46,081 nt of DNA from Macrostomum lignano. Its lineage: Eukaryota. The stretch lies in contig NIVC01002265.1 of assembly GCA_002269645.1 (NCBI GenBank), positions 1 to 46,081 of the forward strand, written 5' to 3'. The notes under the pieces are model-generated. The model was not told the DNA's origin, ran no database searches, and saw only the letters and a program-made list of their open reading frames with translations. The translations under genes and the position numbers were made by a program. Every line of letters begins with the position of its first letter. The first letter of the stretch is position 1. Below are positions 1 to 27,599 of the stretch, piece by piece.

Positions 1-934
1 ACCACGGTGAATGAATATTCGGCATTTAGCGAATTCAATTAAGCCAAAACTGCAGCTTACAGATATATATTATTTCTATAAAACACAAAAAGCAGTTTTT
101 GTAATAACCAAAAACAGTAATAGCATATCGAAATGTATATTTGGATTGCACACGAAGCTACAGAGAGGCGAGTTGTAACAAAGTAATGCAATAGTAATTA
201 TAGCTAATATAAAGCAACGCTAATATCAGATTCGATGCTTTTTAGGCGCAATATTCGAGGAAAATGACAAACTAGAATGCAGTGACTAGAAAAAAGTGGC
301 CTAACAAAAGCGTCTATTGTGAGTAGTATTTGCATAGATTATTATGCCGAATGTCTGTGCAACATGAGTTCATAATCAATTTCTAGCATTTGATTCATAC
401 TGAGATAATTACAGATAAAATTCAAAAAACTGAGTAAAAGGCTCTACAAAATAAAATTCAGCGAATGCTTAAAGTGCAAATATAACAAAAAATGTTTTAA
501 AGTACAAAAAGTCAGTTTATAAAGAAAGTCGTCCTTCAGTGAGCGGTGAATGCATAAAACTTAAGCTGAAATTGTTAACACAGGTTAAGCAATGGCCAAA
601 CAGCCTTGATCTTTGATTTTGAGACGTGTGCAAGAAGGTCTCGTATGTTTATTTAACATTCCTACTAACTGCAATGAGCTTCTAAACTATACTACTTCTA
701 TTGTTGAACGAGGCAGTAGTGTACAACGGGTAGTGAATTAAAAATGGATGAAAATTAGAATAGTAAAAAATAACAGATGAAATGGGCTTTAGGAATTCTA
801 TTAGATTCGAACCTGTTAGGTAGCTCGTAGTGTAACAACAGCTCTGCAAACAAATGCAAAAAATAACACTATACTAAATTATGCTGGAGGTAATGAAACA
901 ACTATTGCAGTAATTATCAGGAATCCTAATATAA

Positions 935-940
935 TTTATT
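935..940 (-). promoter_or_regulatory. Candidate polyadenylation signal of the ELKS gene
   Basis: TTTATT on + strand = AATAAA on - strand, 135 nt after the stop; the region is AT-rich so chance occurrence is possible. Confidence 0.4.
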
Positions 941-1074
941 AATAATTAATTAAATACAGAGAGTATAGTCTACAATTATAAAAGCATTTTACTAAATAAT
1001 TATAAAATTGACAAGCATTAATATGGGTGAAGTAATTGTCATAAATATAGCACTGGAGTGTACCAATAGCTGTC

Positions 1075-16767
<15,693 letters not shown>

Positions 16768-19392
16768 GACGGACTGTCGGTTTTTCTAAGCTTGATTACT
16801 TTTTTAAACGATTTTGTCACTGCCTAGCCAAAGCCAAGGAGCAAAAATTCCACTGCTAGTGACCTATTCTCTTGTTTGCCAGCATTGAGTGCATGGCAGC
16901 TTGCGTCTGCAAATTGAGGCCAAGTTTAGGCATTTTAATTGGTGAAAAAGGGTTTATTTATATATGCATTTCACTATTTATTACAAACAAAAAAATCTAG
17001 AATGAAAATTATTCAGATTTTCAGTTGCCTTTAAAAGGATTAACCCATTGGCTTTCATGGTAAAAAAACTAATGCCATTTATCTCCAAGATTCTACAATA
17101 ATAATTGACTTCTAAGTACCTTTTTAAAACAAAAAAATGTTAAGAGACTTTCTCTGATACTATAATTTAGAAGTTTTAAATAATTAATTGTTATGTATTA
17201 AAATAATTTTCTTATACAAATTTTGTAAAACCTTTACAAAACCTTTGTAAAACCTTATTGTATAAACCACGAAAATATGACTAATTTTTTGTAAAATGAA
17301 ATATTAGTAAAATGTTTGTTTCCTCAGCAATATATGCAAAACAAGTTGTTACAAATAAAAATAATTGCATGTCTCAATAATTCAGGCTTGGTCATTATTC
17401 GTAAAAATGTGTTTCTTATGAAATGCCCTAACTTACTCAAATTGTTTGTTATAAAAAGCTGCATTTGACAATAAAAATGCATAGCCTTTAAAAACTTGAA
17501 ATTTTAGGTTCAAAATAAAAAAACTTATAATCAATCAGACATCCAAATTTAATAAAAGACATTTTTTACGACTCAGTTATTAAAAAATCTATGAATTCAC
17601 AAAAAGTTGTCCATTAGCCTGTAATTTATAGGAGCACATACTTCTACCCAACTGGAACTTTAAAATTGCAACCTTCGCGAACTGAGGGAGCGAGACCAAG
17701 TACAACAATATTGAAGTTCTAAAAACCGAATGAAGTTCAAAACCGAAACATTTAGGTTTCAATTGACAAGCCAGTCAATCAGTCAAGCCAGTCAAATTTA
17801 GGTTTCAATTGGGTTTAAGAAGCAGAATTACTTTCTTGACTTTTTAAAAATTATCGTGGTGGAATATTTTAGTTATCGCAGTTTTTTGTTCCCGTTTAAA
17901 TATAAGCATGTGTTTCTGATAAAACAAAAGATACTTTTTTGCAATAAAAGTAGCAGAGACTATACTAATTTTATAGTTTGATAGTGTAATTTTAAAGTAT
18001 AATTAAACGTTACAATCTCTAGACTTCACTTTTTAAAGAAATTGGTATTAATAATAGTATAAGTTCAAAGTCAAACCTTTCTTAGATAACCTAATTATAG
18101 ATAGATCTTTTCTACGACTTCAAAGCCTCATTATTAAAGCCTTAAAGGCTAATGCAAGAATGCCAGAAAAATACAATTTACTCTAATTACTCCTACTTAC
18201 TTACTCTAATTACGATCTACGAGTCCAGACACATATATACTACACAAAAGTATTTGGTTTGATGGATATGAAGTGGAAGTCCAAATCTATCAATTTAGAT
18301 ATTGGAAATTTTTATTTTTTAGCCTGTCATGGTTCTAGATAAAATAAAATTAAATATGATCCATTATTACTTCCCAATGTCTAAATATATTTTTTCGGTT
18401 CTGGTTTGAGATTATAATTTGATTAAAGCTTTCTTTTTTGTTGTACACAACATATAGTTTCACATATTAAATGAAAAATTGAATACAAAATATATTCATT
18501 CGTTTCAATTTGATGATTTAAAACCCCTTGTGATCTTATTAATATCCTGATTAAGTTTTTTTTTGCCAAAAATCCAGATTCTATAATTTTGCTATATTTC
18601 TTCATGGATTGAGTTAATGACTATGAGGTTCAATGTATAATAGATCTAGACATATGAACTACCACTTTGATTTCATTTAAACTTTTTATTTTTCTATCCT
18701 AGTTCTTGACTTCTACCATTTATTCGATTCTAAAAGCTCTGAAATTTTAATTTTTATTCTCAAATCTTTGAATTTAACTTTGTTTAAACTTATTATTTTG
18801 TTTATTCAATGCAAAAAATAGAAAATTAAAATAAAAAAATGGGCAAAATATATTTTTCTAGTTGGTACTTTCACTTTCTTGATATTATTGCATTTACTGT
18901 CACTATATTAATGATAATAATATTTATTTATTGTCTATATAGATAGTAAACAATATTAGGTAGAAGTATTTGTCATCTAGTCATTGTTTTACTAAATAGC
19001 ACTAATAAAGTTTGCCCTATATTGTTTCTATTAGGAAGAAATAAAGCTAATTTATTTTGTATGTATTAGCTATACTACCCATATTAATAAGCATTGTCAT
19101 TTTCTATTTTGTCATTTAGAATGATATTTAAACAGTTTGTTATATAGTCCATATAAAATGATTATATATAATATATAATATATATATTATATTTCTTTTG
19201 GCTATCATATACTATTTATATTCTTTCAAAATTTAGAATGCTGAGTATATGTTTTAAATTTTAATTTAGACTTTTTCACAGTCTTATCTATTGCAATTGC
19301 TGAGTTTGTAACTGAAGAAAAATCTCAATTAATTAAAAGCAACCTCTCAAAATAAAAGTATAGTTTGAGGTTGTTGCCACTATAAAACAGCA

Positions 19393-21162
19393 ATGGAAGC
19401 TGACGAGCAGTTTGACTTCTTATTCAAAATTGTTCTTGTTGGCGATGCTGGCGTTGGAAAGTCCTGCGTTGTGCAGCGATTTAAATCGGGAAATTTTCTA
19501 GAAAAGCAGGGCAGCACAATTGGCGTGGACTTCACCATGAAGACTCTGCTGATGGATGGGTGCCGGATCAAGCTGCAAGTGTGGGACACAGCAGGGCAGG
19601 AGAGGTTCAGGACAATCACGCAGTCCTACTACAGATCTGCCAATGCTGTTATTCTGGCCTACGATATTACTAAGAGGGTAAGTCACCAGCATCTGCACTT
19701 ATGGAGCCAACATTGTAAGTCAAGTTAGCCAATGACATCAAGGAGACGGAAGCTGATAGATTGAGGTCAGGGGATCAGTGAGATTGAGGTCAAGGGATCA
19801 GTGAGATTGAGGTCAAGGGATCAGTGAGATTGAGGTCAAGGGATCAGTGAGATTGAGGTCAAGGGATCAGTGAGATTGAGGTCAAGGGATCAGTGAGATT
19901 GAGGGCAAGGGATCATTGAGATTGAGGGCAAGGGATCATTGAGATTGAGGTCAACGGATCAGTGAGATTGAGGTCAAGGGATCAGTGAGATTGAGGTCAA
20001 GGGATCATTGAGATTGAGGTCAAGGGATCATTGAGATTGAGGTCAAGGGATCATTGAGATTGAGGTCAAGGGATCAGTGAGATTGAGGGCAAGGGATCAT
20101 TGAGATTGAGGGCAAGGGATCATTGAGATTGAGGTCAACGGATCAGTGAGATTGAGGTCAAGGGATCAGTGAGATTGAGGTCAAGGGATCATTGAGATTG
20201 AGGTCAAGGGATCAGTGAGATTGAGGGCAAGGGATCATTGAGATTGAGGTCAACGGATCAGTGAGATTGAGACCAAGGGAGCAGTGAGATTGAGGTCAAC
20301 TGAGCAGTGAGACTGAGGTCAGCTGAGCAGTGAGACTGAGGTCAACTGAGCAGTGAGACTGAGGTCAACTGAGCAGTGAGACTGAGGTCAACTGAGCAGT
20401 GAGACTGAGGTCAGCTGAGCAGTGAGACTGAGGTCAACTGAGCAGTGAGACTGAGGTCAGCTGAGCAGTGAGACTGAGGTCAGCTGAGCAGTGAGACTGA
20501 GGTCAACTGAGCAGTGAGACTGAGGTCAACTGAGCAGTGAGACTGAGGTCAGCTGAGCAGTGAGACTGAGGTCAGCTGAGCAGTGAGACTGAGGTCAACT
20601 GAGCAGTGAGACTGAGGTCAACTGAGCAGTGAGACTGAGGTCAGCTGAGCAGTGAGACTGAGGTCAACTGAGCAGTGAGACTGAGGTCAAGGGAGCAGTG
20701 AGACTGAGGTCAAGGGAGCAGTGAGACTGAGGTCAAGGGAGCAGTGAGACTGAGGGCAAAGTCACAGTGCAGAAACCTAAAAGCAATGGATTTGATAAAA
20801 CAAGTACTCTACCTACCCAAACGACGCCGCAGGAGTCATTCGACTCGTTGCCCCGGTGGGTAGATGACGTCGGTCGGTACGCGGGCACCGGCATCGTCCA
20901 GCTGCTTGTCGGCTGCAAGCAAGATTTGAAGCATCTGCGCGAGGTCCGCCAGGAGGAGGCTGCGGAGCTGGCCAACAGGCTTGGCATGCTGGCCAGCCTG
21001 GAGACGTCGGCCAAGGAGAACAGCAACATCGATCGGGTGTTCAACTCTCTGGCAGCTGAACTGAAGCGCAGACATGGCGGCGACACTCTTGGCGGCGGCC
21101 GGAGCGGCGACGCGGCAATCCGGTTGAATAGTCGGTCGCTGGGCGGCCGGGCCTGCTGCTGA
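19393..21162 (+). CDS. Rab43: Rab43/Rab19-subfamily small GTPase, 204 aa; exons 19393-19677 and 20833-21162
   Basis: GDAGVGKS P-loop, [43 protein letters not shown]...I.LNS and a C-terminal CC prenylation site. Donor AGG|GTAAGT at 19678 and acceptor GCAG|GAG at 20832, both phase 0. Confidence 0.93.
19760..20755 (+). repeat. Bipartite 23-bp minisatellite filling the Rab intron
   Basis: (GAGGTCAAGGGATCAGTGAGATT)n to ~20280, then (GAGGTCAACTGAGCAGTGAGACT)n. Confidence 0.96.
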
Positions 21163-21309
21163 GCTGCTTCTGGTCTGTGCAAGTATTAACTTTTGAGACA
21201 GTTGGGGCGTGAACCAAAGCGGGGTTCCAACCAAGGACTGAATCTTGGCAACGTAAAATCTGGGTTTGACAGAGTCGTTTAGGGCTTCATTTTAAGCTAG
21301 TGTGCCAAT

Positions 21310-22020
21310 TTGAAGTGTCAGGGGGAACTAAATTGCAGTTTCAGGGGGTCAACATGAAGTGTCAGGGGGGGGGGCAATATGAAGTGTCAGGTGGAGCCAA
21401 TATGAAGTGTCAGGGGGAGCCAATATGAAGTGTCAGGAGGAGCCAATATGAAGTGTCATGGGGAGCCAATATGAAGTGTCAGTTGGGGGCAATATAAAGT
21501 GTCAGGTGAGCCAATTTGAAGTATCAGATTAAGTCAATATGAAGTGTCAGGAGGAGCCAATATGAAGTGTCAGGAGGAGCCAATATGAAGTGTCAGGGGG
21601 AGCTAATGTTAAGTGTCAGGAGGAGCCAATATGATGTGTCAGGAGGAGCCAATATGAAGTGTCAGGAGGAGCCAATATGAAGTGTCAGGGGAGCCAATAT
21701 GAAGTGTCAGGAGGAGCCAATATGAAGTGTCAGGAGGAGCCAATATGAAGTGTCAGGGGGAGCCAATATGAAGTGTCAGGTGGAGCCAATATGAAGTATC
21801 AGGTGGAGCCAATATGAAGTATCAGGTGGAGCCAATATGAAGTGTCAGGAGGAGCCAATATGAAGTATCAGGTGGAGCCAATATGAAGTGTCAGGAGGAG
21901 CCAATATGAAGTGTCAGGGGGAGCCAATATGAAGTATCAGGTTGGGGGCAATATGAAGTGTCAGAGGGAGCCAATATGAAGTGTCAGGGGGAGCCAATAT
22001 GAAGTTTCAGGTTGGGGGCA
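21310..22020 (+). repeat. 23-bp minisatellite (GTGTCAGGAGGAGCCAATATGAA)n downstream of the Rab stop
   Basis: About 30 units. Confidence 0.95.
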
Positions 22021-22900
22021 TAGAAACTATCTATCAAGATGAAGCAGGGAGATTCTGTATTAATATTTCGGGTGTTTTGGGTGAATTTGTGGTTTCTATT
22101 TGTTTTAAAGCTCACTTATCTGGAAAATTCCAAGTTTGCACAATTAGCAAAAGCAATTAAAATGCTTTCCCGTCGCTCTTGTATATTGATTACATTTTGC
22201 ATTCTGTTAGCAATGTGGATTGCTCTACTGCCACTGAGTCTCCTGCTTCATTTTCATTTTGTTAAAAAGTCTCTGAACAAATTTTGTGTTGCACTGCAAT
22301 AAACTATTTAACAAACTATTCATAAACTCAGTTTTTCAATTTCCGCTTTCCTTAGCGTCACAATAATACAGAATCGTTTATTTTTTTTTTTGCTAATTTT
22401 TTAACCAGCCCCTTTCTGCAGATTCTAGTCAGAAGCGCTTTCTGTCTGCAACAGAGCCTGCACAAGTTTTTCGAACCATTTGCACATTAGGCTACTTGTT
22501 AGTAGCATAAATATATAAGTTTCCAATTCTTGACACACTGAACTTTTTTTCGTTTCTTTTTTTGAAAAAGGAACAACTTTAAAAAGTATATTAGTAAATT
22601 CCTGTAAAGTGGAACTGCTCGGCACAGTAACTGGAGTTGCATTACCAATGTATTTTATTTTGCATGATTATTTAATTTAATTTGCTGATCTTGTGTCTTC
22701 TTTTATCTGTCTGTCTGTTTAGTCTGCGGTTTATAGAGTTCCGGATGTTTCAAGTACAGTTGTTGCATAATTGTAACTAAATTTGGTTCAATTACTTGTT
22801 TAATAAAATAAATGTCAACTCTCCGCTCCTCTATCGTTGTTGTTTGTTGTCTTCTTAAAAGAGTTGAATTTCATCAAGCAGTCAGTTTTTTGTATACAAA

Positions 22901-23108
22901 GGGGTTGAAGCCTAGTGGCTAGAGCATCGGACTCACGACTTGAAGGTCGGGGGATCCCACTGGAACAATTTGTGTCCTTGAGCAAGACAACTCTGCATTG
23001 CTTCAGTTCACCCAGCTGTAAAATGGGTGCCAGCATTAGCTGGGGTAATTGAGGGTGTGTGTGGCGACCCCCCCAGTCATTGGACTGAACAGCCGTAGTG
23101 CGCAGCTA
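22901..23108 (+). mobile_element. tRNA-derived CORE-type SINE
   Basis: A-box-like GCCTAGTGGCTAGAGC, degenerate B box, then TGTGTCCTTGAGCAAGACA...CTTCAGTTCACCCAGCTGTAAAATGGG (22971-23027), resembling the MIR/CORE domain. Confidence 0.65.
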
Positions 23109-25178
23109 ATGACACCTGATGATTGCACTCCTGACACCTGATGATTGCACTCCTGACACCTGATGATTGCACTCCTGACACCTGGTGATTGCACTCCTGA
23201 CACCCAGGATGATTATACTTCTGACACCTGATGATTGCACTCCTGACACCTGATGATTGCACTCCTGACACCTGATGATTGCACTCCTGACACCTGATGA
23301 TTGCACTCCTGACACCTGATGATTGCACTCCTGACACCTGATGATTGCACTCCTGACAATCTGATTATTGCACTCCTGACAATCTGATGATTGCACTCCT
23401 GACAATCTGATGATTGTGTTGTGCCCGGGTGCACTTGCACCGATGAGCGATCTCTGGCTCTCGGTCAAAGTGTGCCGGCTCTGCACTCCCACCCCCCGGC
23501 CGCGTGCCTGCGCCAACCCCCCCCATTCTGTCTGCGTCAACCCCCACCCCTCCAGTCGCACCCACCCCACTGCCTGTTGGCCAGCTGGCTTTGGCTGGCT
23601 GCGGCCCCAGTGCGCCCCCTCGCTCACCCTGCGATTGGCTGGTGATCCAGCCAATCGGTTTGTTTCCTCTCCCCTCCAATCGCGACCCCGACTTGTAACT
23701 TTTTCCTTGTTGGATAAGACGATCGTAATTTTAGCTAGCTGGGCCTGGGGTAGCGATACCCCAGGGCTTAACCAGCTAGCACAAATATAAATATATGTAG
23801 AAGCGGCAGTAGGGGAGGCATCTCTCTCTTTCCTTGGAATTGTGCAAGTCACAGCCATAAGTCTAATACTGCAATCTAGATACCTGTCTATTCTATAGAC
23901 TGAACAGAGAACATTGAGAGAAGCCACCCCTGCTGCCGCCACCGCTGTTACCCGAAGAAACAGAGTGAGTCGCGTGTCTTTCTTATTTGAGGGACTGGCG
24001 GGAATTAATCTGTGCATTAGGGACGGGCTGATTAAGTCTCCTGACGCGATCCCCCGCTCAGAGTCCGAAGTCAGTCCGGCCAGTTGACTGACGCCATCTT
24101 CGGCTCGTTCACTGTGATAGTCAGGGTAGTGATCCGGCCTATAGCACAACAATTGCACTCCTGACACCTGGTGATTGCACTCCTGACACCTGATGATTGC
24201 ACTCCTGACACCTGATGATTGCACTCCTGACACCTGATGATTGCACTCCTGACACCTGATGATTGCACTCCTGACACCTGGTGATTGCACTCCTGACACC
24301 CAGGATGATTGCACTCCTGACACCTGATGATTGCACTCCTGACACCTGATGATTGCACTCCTGACACCTGGTGATTGCACTCCTGACACCCAGGATGATT
24401 ATACTTCTGACACCTGATGATTGCACTCCTGACACCTGATGATTGCACTCCTGACACCTGGTGATTGCAATCCTGACACCCAGGATGATTATACTTCTGA
24501 CACCTGATGATTGCACTCCTGACACCTGATGATTGCACTCCTGACACCTGATGATTGCACTCCTGACACCTGATGATTGCAATCCTGACACCTGATGATT
24601 GCACTCCTGACACCTGATGATTGCACTCCTGACACCTGATGATTGCACTCCTGACACCTGATGATTGCACTCCTGACACCTGGTGATTGCACTCCTGACA
24701 CCCAGGATGATTATACTTCTGACACCTGGTGATTGCACTCCTGACACCCAGGATGATTATACTTCTGACACCTGATGATTGCACTCTTGACACCTGATGA
24801 TTGCACTCCTGACACCTGATGATTGCACTCCTGACACCTGATGATTGCACTCCTGACACCTGATGATTGCACTCCTGACACCTGATGATTGCACTCCTGA
24901 CACCTGATGATTGCACTCCTGACACCTGGTGATTGCACTCCTGACACCTGATGATTGCACTCCTGACACCTGGTGATTGCACTCCTGACACCCAGGATGA
25001 TTATACTCCTGACACCTGATGATTGCACTCCTGACACCCAGGACTATTATACTTCTGAAACCTGATGATTGCACTCCTGACACCCAGGATGATTATACTC
25101 CTGACACCTGGTGATTGCACTCCTGACACCCAGGATGATTATACTTCTGACACCTGATGATTGCACTCCTGACACCTC
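23109..25178 (+). repeat. 22-bp minisatellite (TGATTGCACTCCTGACACCTGA)n, split by the LTR at 23417-24151
   Basis: Same unit on both sides of the insertion; interspersed CCCAGGATGATTATACTT variants. Confidence 0.96.
23417..24151. mobile_element. Solo LTR-like insertion (735 bp) inside a 22-bp minisatellite
   Basis: Termini TGTTGTGC...GCACAACA (8-bp inverted, TG..CA); 4-bp duplication ATTG at 23413-23416 and 24152-24155 splitting one repeat unit. Confidence 0.85.
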
Positions 25179-25971
25179 TGCTCTGCTAGTGTATTATAAG
25201 TGCCTGGTGCTTACAAACATTTGTGTATATTCAATTATCGGCTAAAAATATCTCAACGAAGCATTGCTCTAGAACTGCATACCACGTCACACCCTCCTTC
25301 TCGATTCTGTGCAAAATTTTACACCAAATTAACCATCAAGTTGGCCCCATGCTAAGCTATCTTATTTAAGCTTTCCCACACAGTTTGCTAAGTGGCTGCC
25401 CACTTGACAGAGGGCTGGCTACCTGGATAGAGCTGGTTGAAAAGGCCATAGGTAATTTTCTATATTAAATTAAACTGTGTCCGTTGAAGCTAAAGCAATG
25501 ATCTGCAGTAATCCGAGCGTATGCTATTATGTCAATTTAAAGACCGCACTGTATGCGCATCTCGAACACTATTGGTATTTAGACTTGGAAAATTTAAGAT
25601 TTCAGAGTACGAGCGTACAATACTAAAGATAACGAATTTTCTGTTATAGATCTTCACTTTATTGAGACTAAACACATTAAAATAAATATACTAGCGACTA
25701 TGGCAGTTTTCCACATACTGTAGAAAGTAGATAAGAAGTCTGGGTGTACGAGTGGACCTATTATGTACGTTCTTGCGGTTCTGAGACGCGTTCGTCAAGC
25801 AGCTCTTCTATACAAAGCAGGATTACTTTAGAAAAGTACTCATATAACATGTAGAATTAAAAAGATAAATATCGAGTGACACCCCACGTGCTACACGTAT
25901 ACACTGTGTTAAATAGTTCAGTGCGTACATCTGTGCTGCTTTCTCAGTTGCTTGTCAATTTTGCGACCGCA

Positions 25972-25981
25972 GCCAATCAGC
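25972..25981 (+). promoter_or_regulatory. CCAAT box upstream of the calmodulin-like gene
   Basis: AGCCAATCAG about 175 nt before the ATG; motif match only. Confidence 0.3.
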
Positions 25982-26147
25982 AGCGACTTGGACCCATGCA
26001 GTCCCTCGTATAGTGTTTTTTTCTCGCTTGCGGTTCTGTGCCTAAAAAGCTGCGGCACTGAGGCGCAATCAAGTCGCACATACGAGCCTAGTTAAGTTAG
26101 TCGAGTTATTTTACGCAGTTCTGTAATTGTGCCAGTTAGAGAGATCC

Positions 26148-27047
26148 ATGTCAACTAAACAAAAGCCGCAGCAACAGCAGCAGCAGTCCGACGTTAAAGA
26201 CCTGACCGATGCGGAGCTCAAAGATATGCGCGAAGTGTTTCGATTATTCGACAAAGACAACTCTGGCAGCATCACCACCGACGAATTGGGAATCGTGATG
26301 CGAGCGCTGGGCCAGAATCCTACAGAGGCCGAGCTGCGCGACATCATCAATGAACTCGATATCGACGGCAACGGGCACATCGATTTTGATGAGTTTCGCG
26401 TGCTGATGAGTCGACGGACGAAGGAGTCGGACACGGAGGCTGAACTGCGTGAGGCCTTTCGAGTGAGTTGATATTAATTCGTTTGTTAACTAATTTGACA
26501 AGCTATTCAGTTCGTCAGTTAGCTTACATTCCACTGGCCCCGGAAGACACAACTAGCGCTTACGGATATGTAACGCCGGAACGAACCCACATGGCGTTGT
26601 ACATCTGACATGATTTTCTCATCATCTCATGCGGTGTACACTGCTCATTCCGCCGACTTCCCTAAGCAGGCGCACAAGCGCGCGGATACGTACGCAGTCA
26701 TACGCACAGGCACACACTCACACAGGAGTGTACAGCGGCCCTAACTATTTATCCAATCCAGGCCACTAGGGTACCACGGGAGGTTCATTCCTTCATTCTG
26801 GTTTAATTTTAGTATCTGAATAGCCGTGAAAGACGCTTCCGCATCCCGTCGTTGCTTCTGTCAGGTATTCGACAAGGACGGCAACGGCAGCATCTCGGCG
26901 GCCGAGCTGAAAACCGTGATGTGCAGTCTGGGCGAGAAGCTGACGGACGACGAGGTAGACGAGATGATTCGCGAGGCCGATCTGAATGGAGACGGCGAGA
27001 TCGACTATGAAGAGTTCGTCATCATGATGACCAAGCAGATGCAGTAG
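26148..27047 (+). CDS. Calmodulin-like protein with 4 EF hands, 165 aa; exons 26148-26462 and 26865-27047
   Basis: EF loops [48 protein letters not shown]; [11 protein letters not shown] and [18 protein letters not shown] as in CaM; CGA|GTGAGT donor and TCAG|GTA acceptor, phase 0. Confidence 0.93.
26646..26753 (-). mobile_element. Partial second copy of the family-2 SINE body in the calmodulin-like intron
   Basis: CATTCCGCCGACT...GCAGTCATAC.CACAGGCACACACTCACACAGGAGTG.ACAGCGGCCCTAACT shared with 12622-12702, with an extra ~27 nt. Confidence 0.55.
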
Positions 27048-27599
27048 CCATCTTGTATTCTGCATTTGACAGCAGAAATTTTGATGGACTTCTAACCCTG
27101 CACTCCTAGATGGAAATGCACTTATCCGTTCGTTAGGGATCAAAGAGCATCAATGAGTTTTAGACTTTCGCCCGCCGAAATATCACTGATGAAGGATGCC
27201 AGCTTCCTGTGCACTTCCAGATACTCTACGTCAAGCTCTAGCCAAGCAGAAAGGCCAAATGCTATTGTTAAATGCGAGTATCGATTGTTTTTTTTATTTA
27301 CTAACTGTCCGTGATTTAGATGGAACCCTAGTTAGAACTGCTTATTTGCGTCGCATATTGGTAAAAGTTAAGTTACGCTCGTAACTTATACAAATGTAGT
27401 ACGTGTAATGCATTGATGAAGACACACGCTTGTATACATTTAATTGATGTCTATTCACAGAAAACTTTGTATAAATATAAATTTCTTATGAACATATATA
27501 GTTTCTCCCTCTTCGGTAATAAAAATAATTCTCTTGCAAAAGCACTGTAGCAAAATTGTACCGTATGAGCTAAGCTTTGGAATCTGAGTGACCATTATT

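Noticed and set aside
23077-25083. RCQECNHQVSGVQSSG-repeat ORFs that mimic zinc-finger CxxC repeats
   Set aside because: Product of the 22-bp unit cycling through frames; no splice or expression support.
19760-25178. Regular 22-23-bp repeats as possible CRISPR arrays
   Set aside because: Units are head-to-tail with no unique spacers, no cas genes, eukaryotic context.
23109-25178. Repeated CTGATGA as hammerhead cores or C/D boxes
   Set aside because: No downstream stem II plus GAAA; simply part of the repeat unit.
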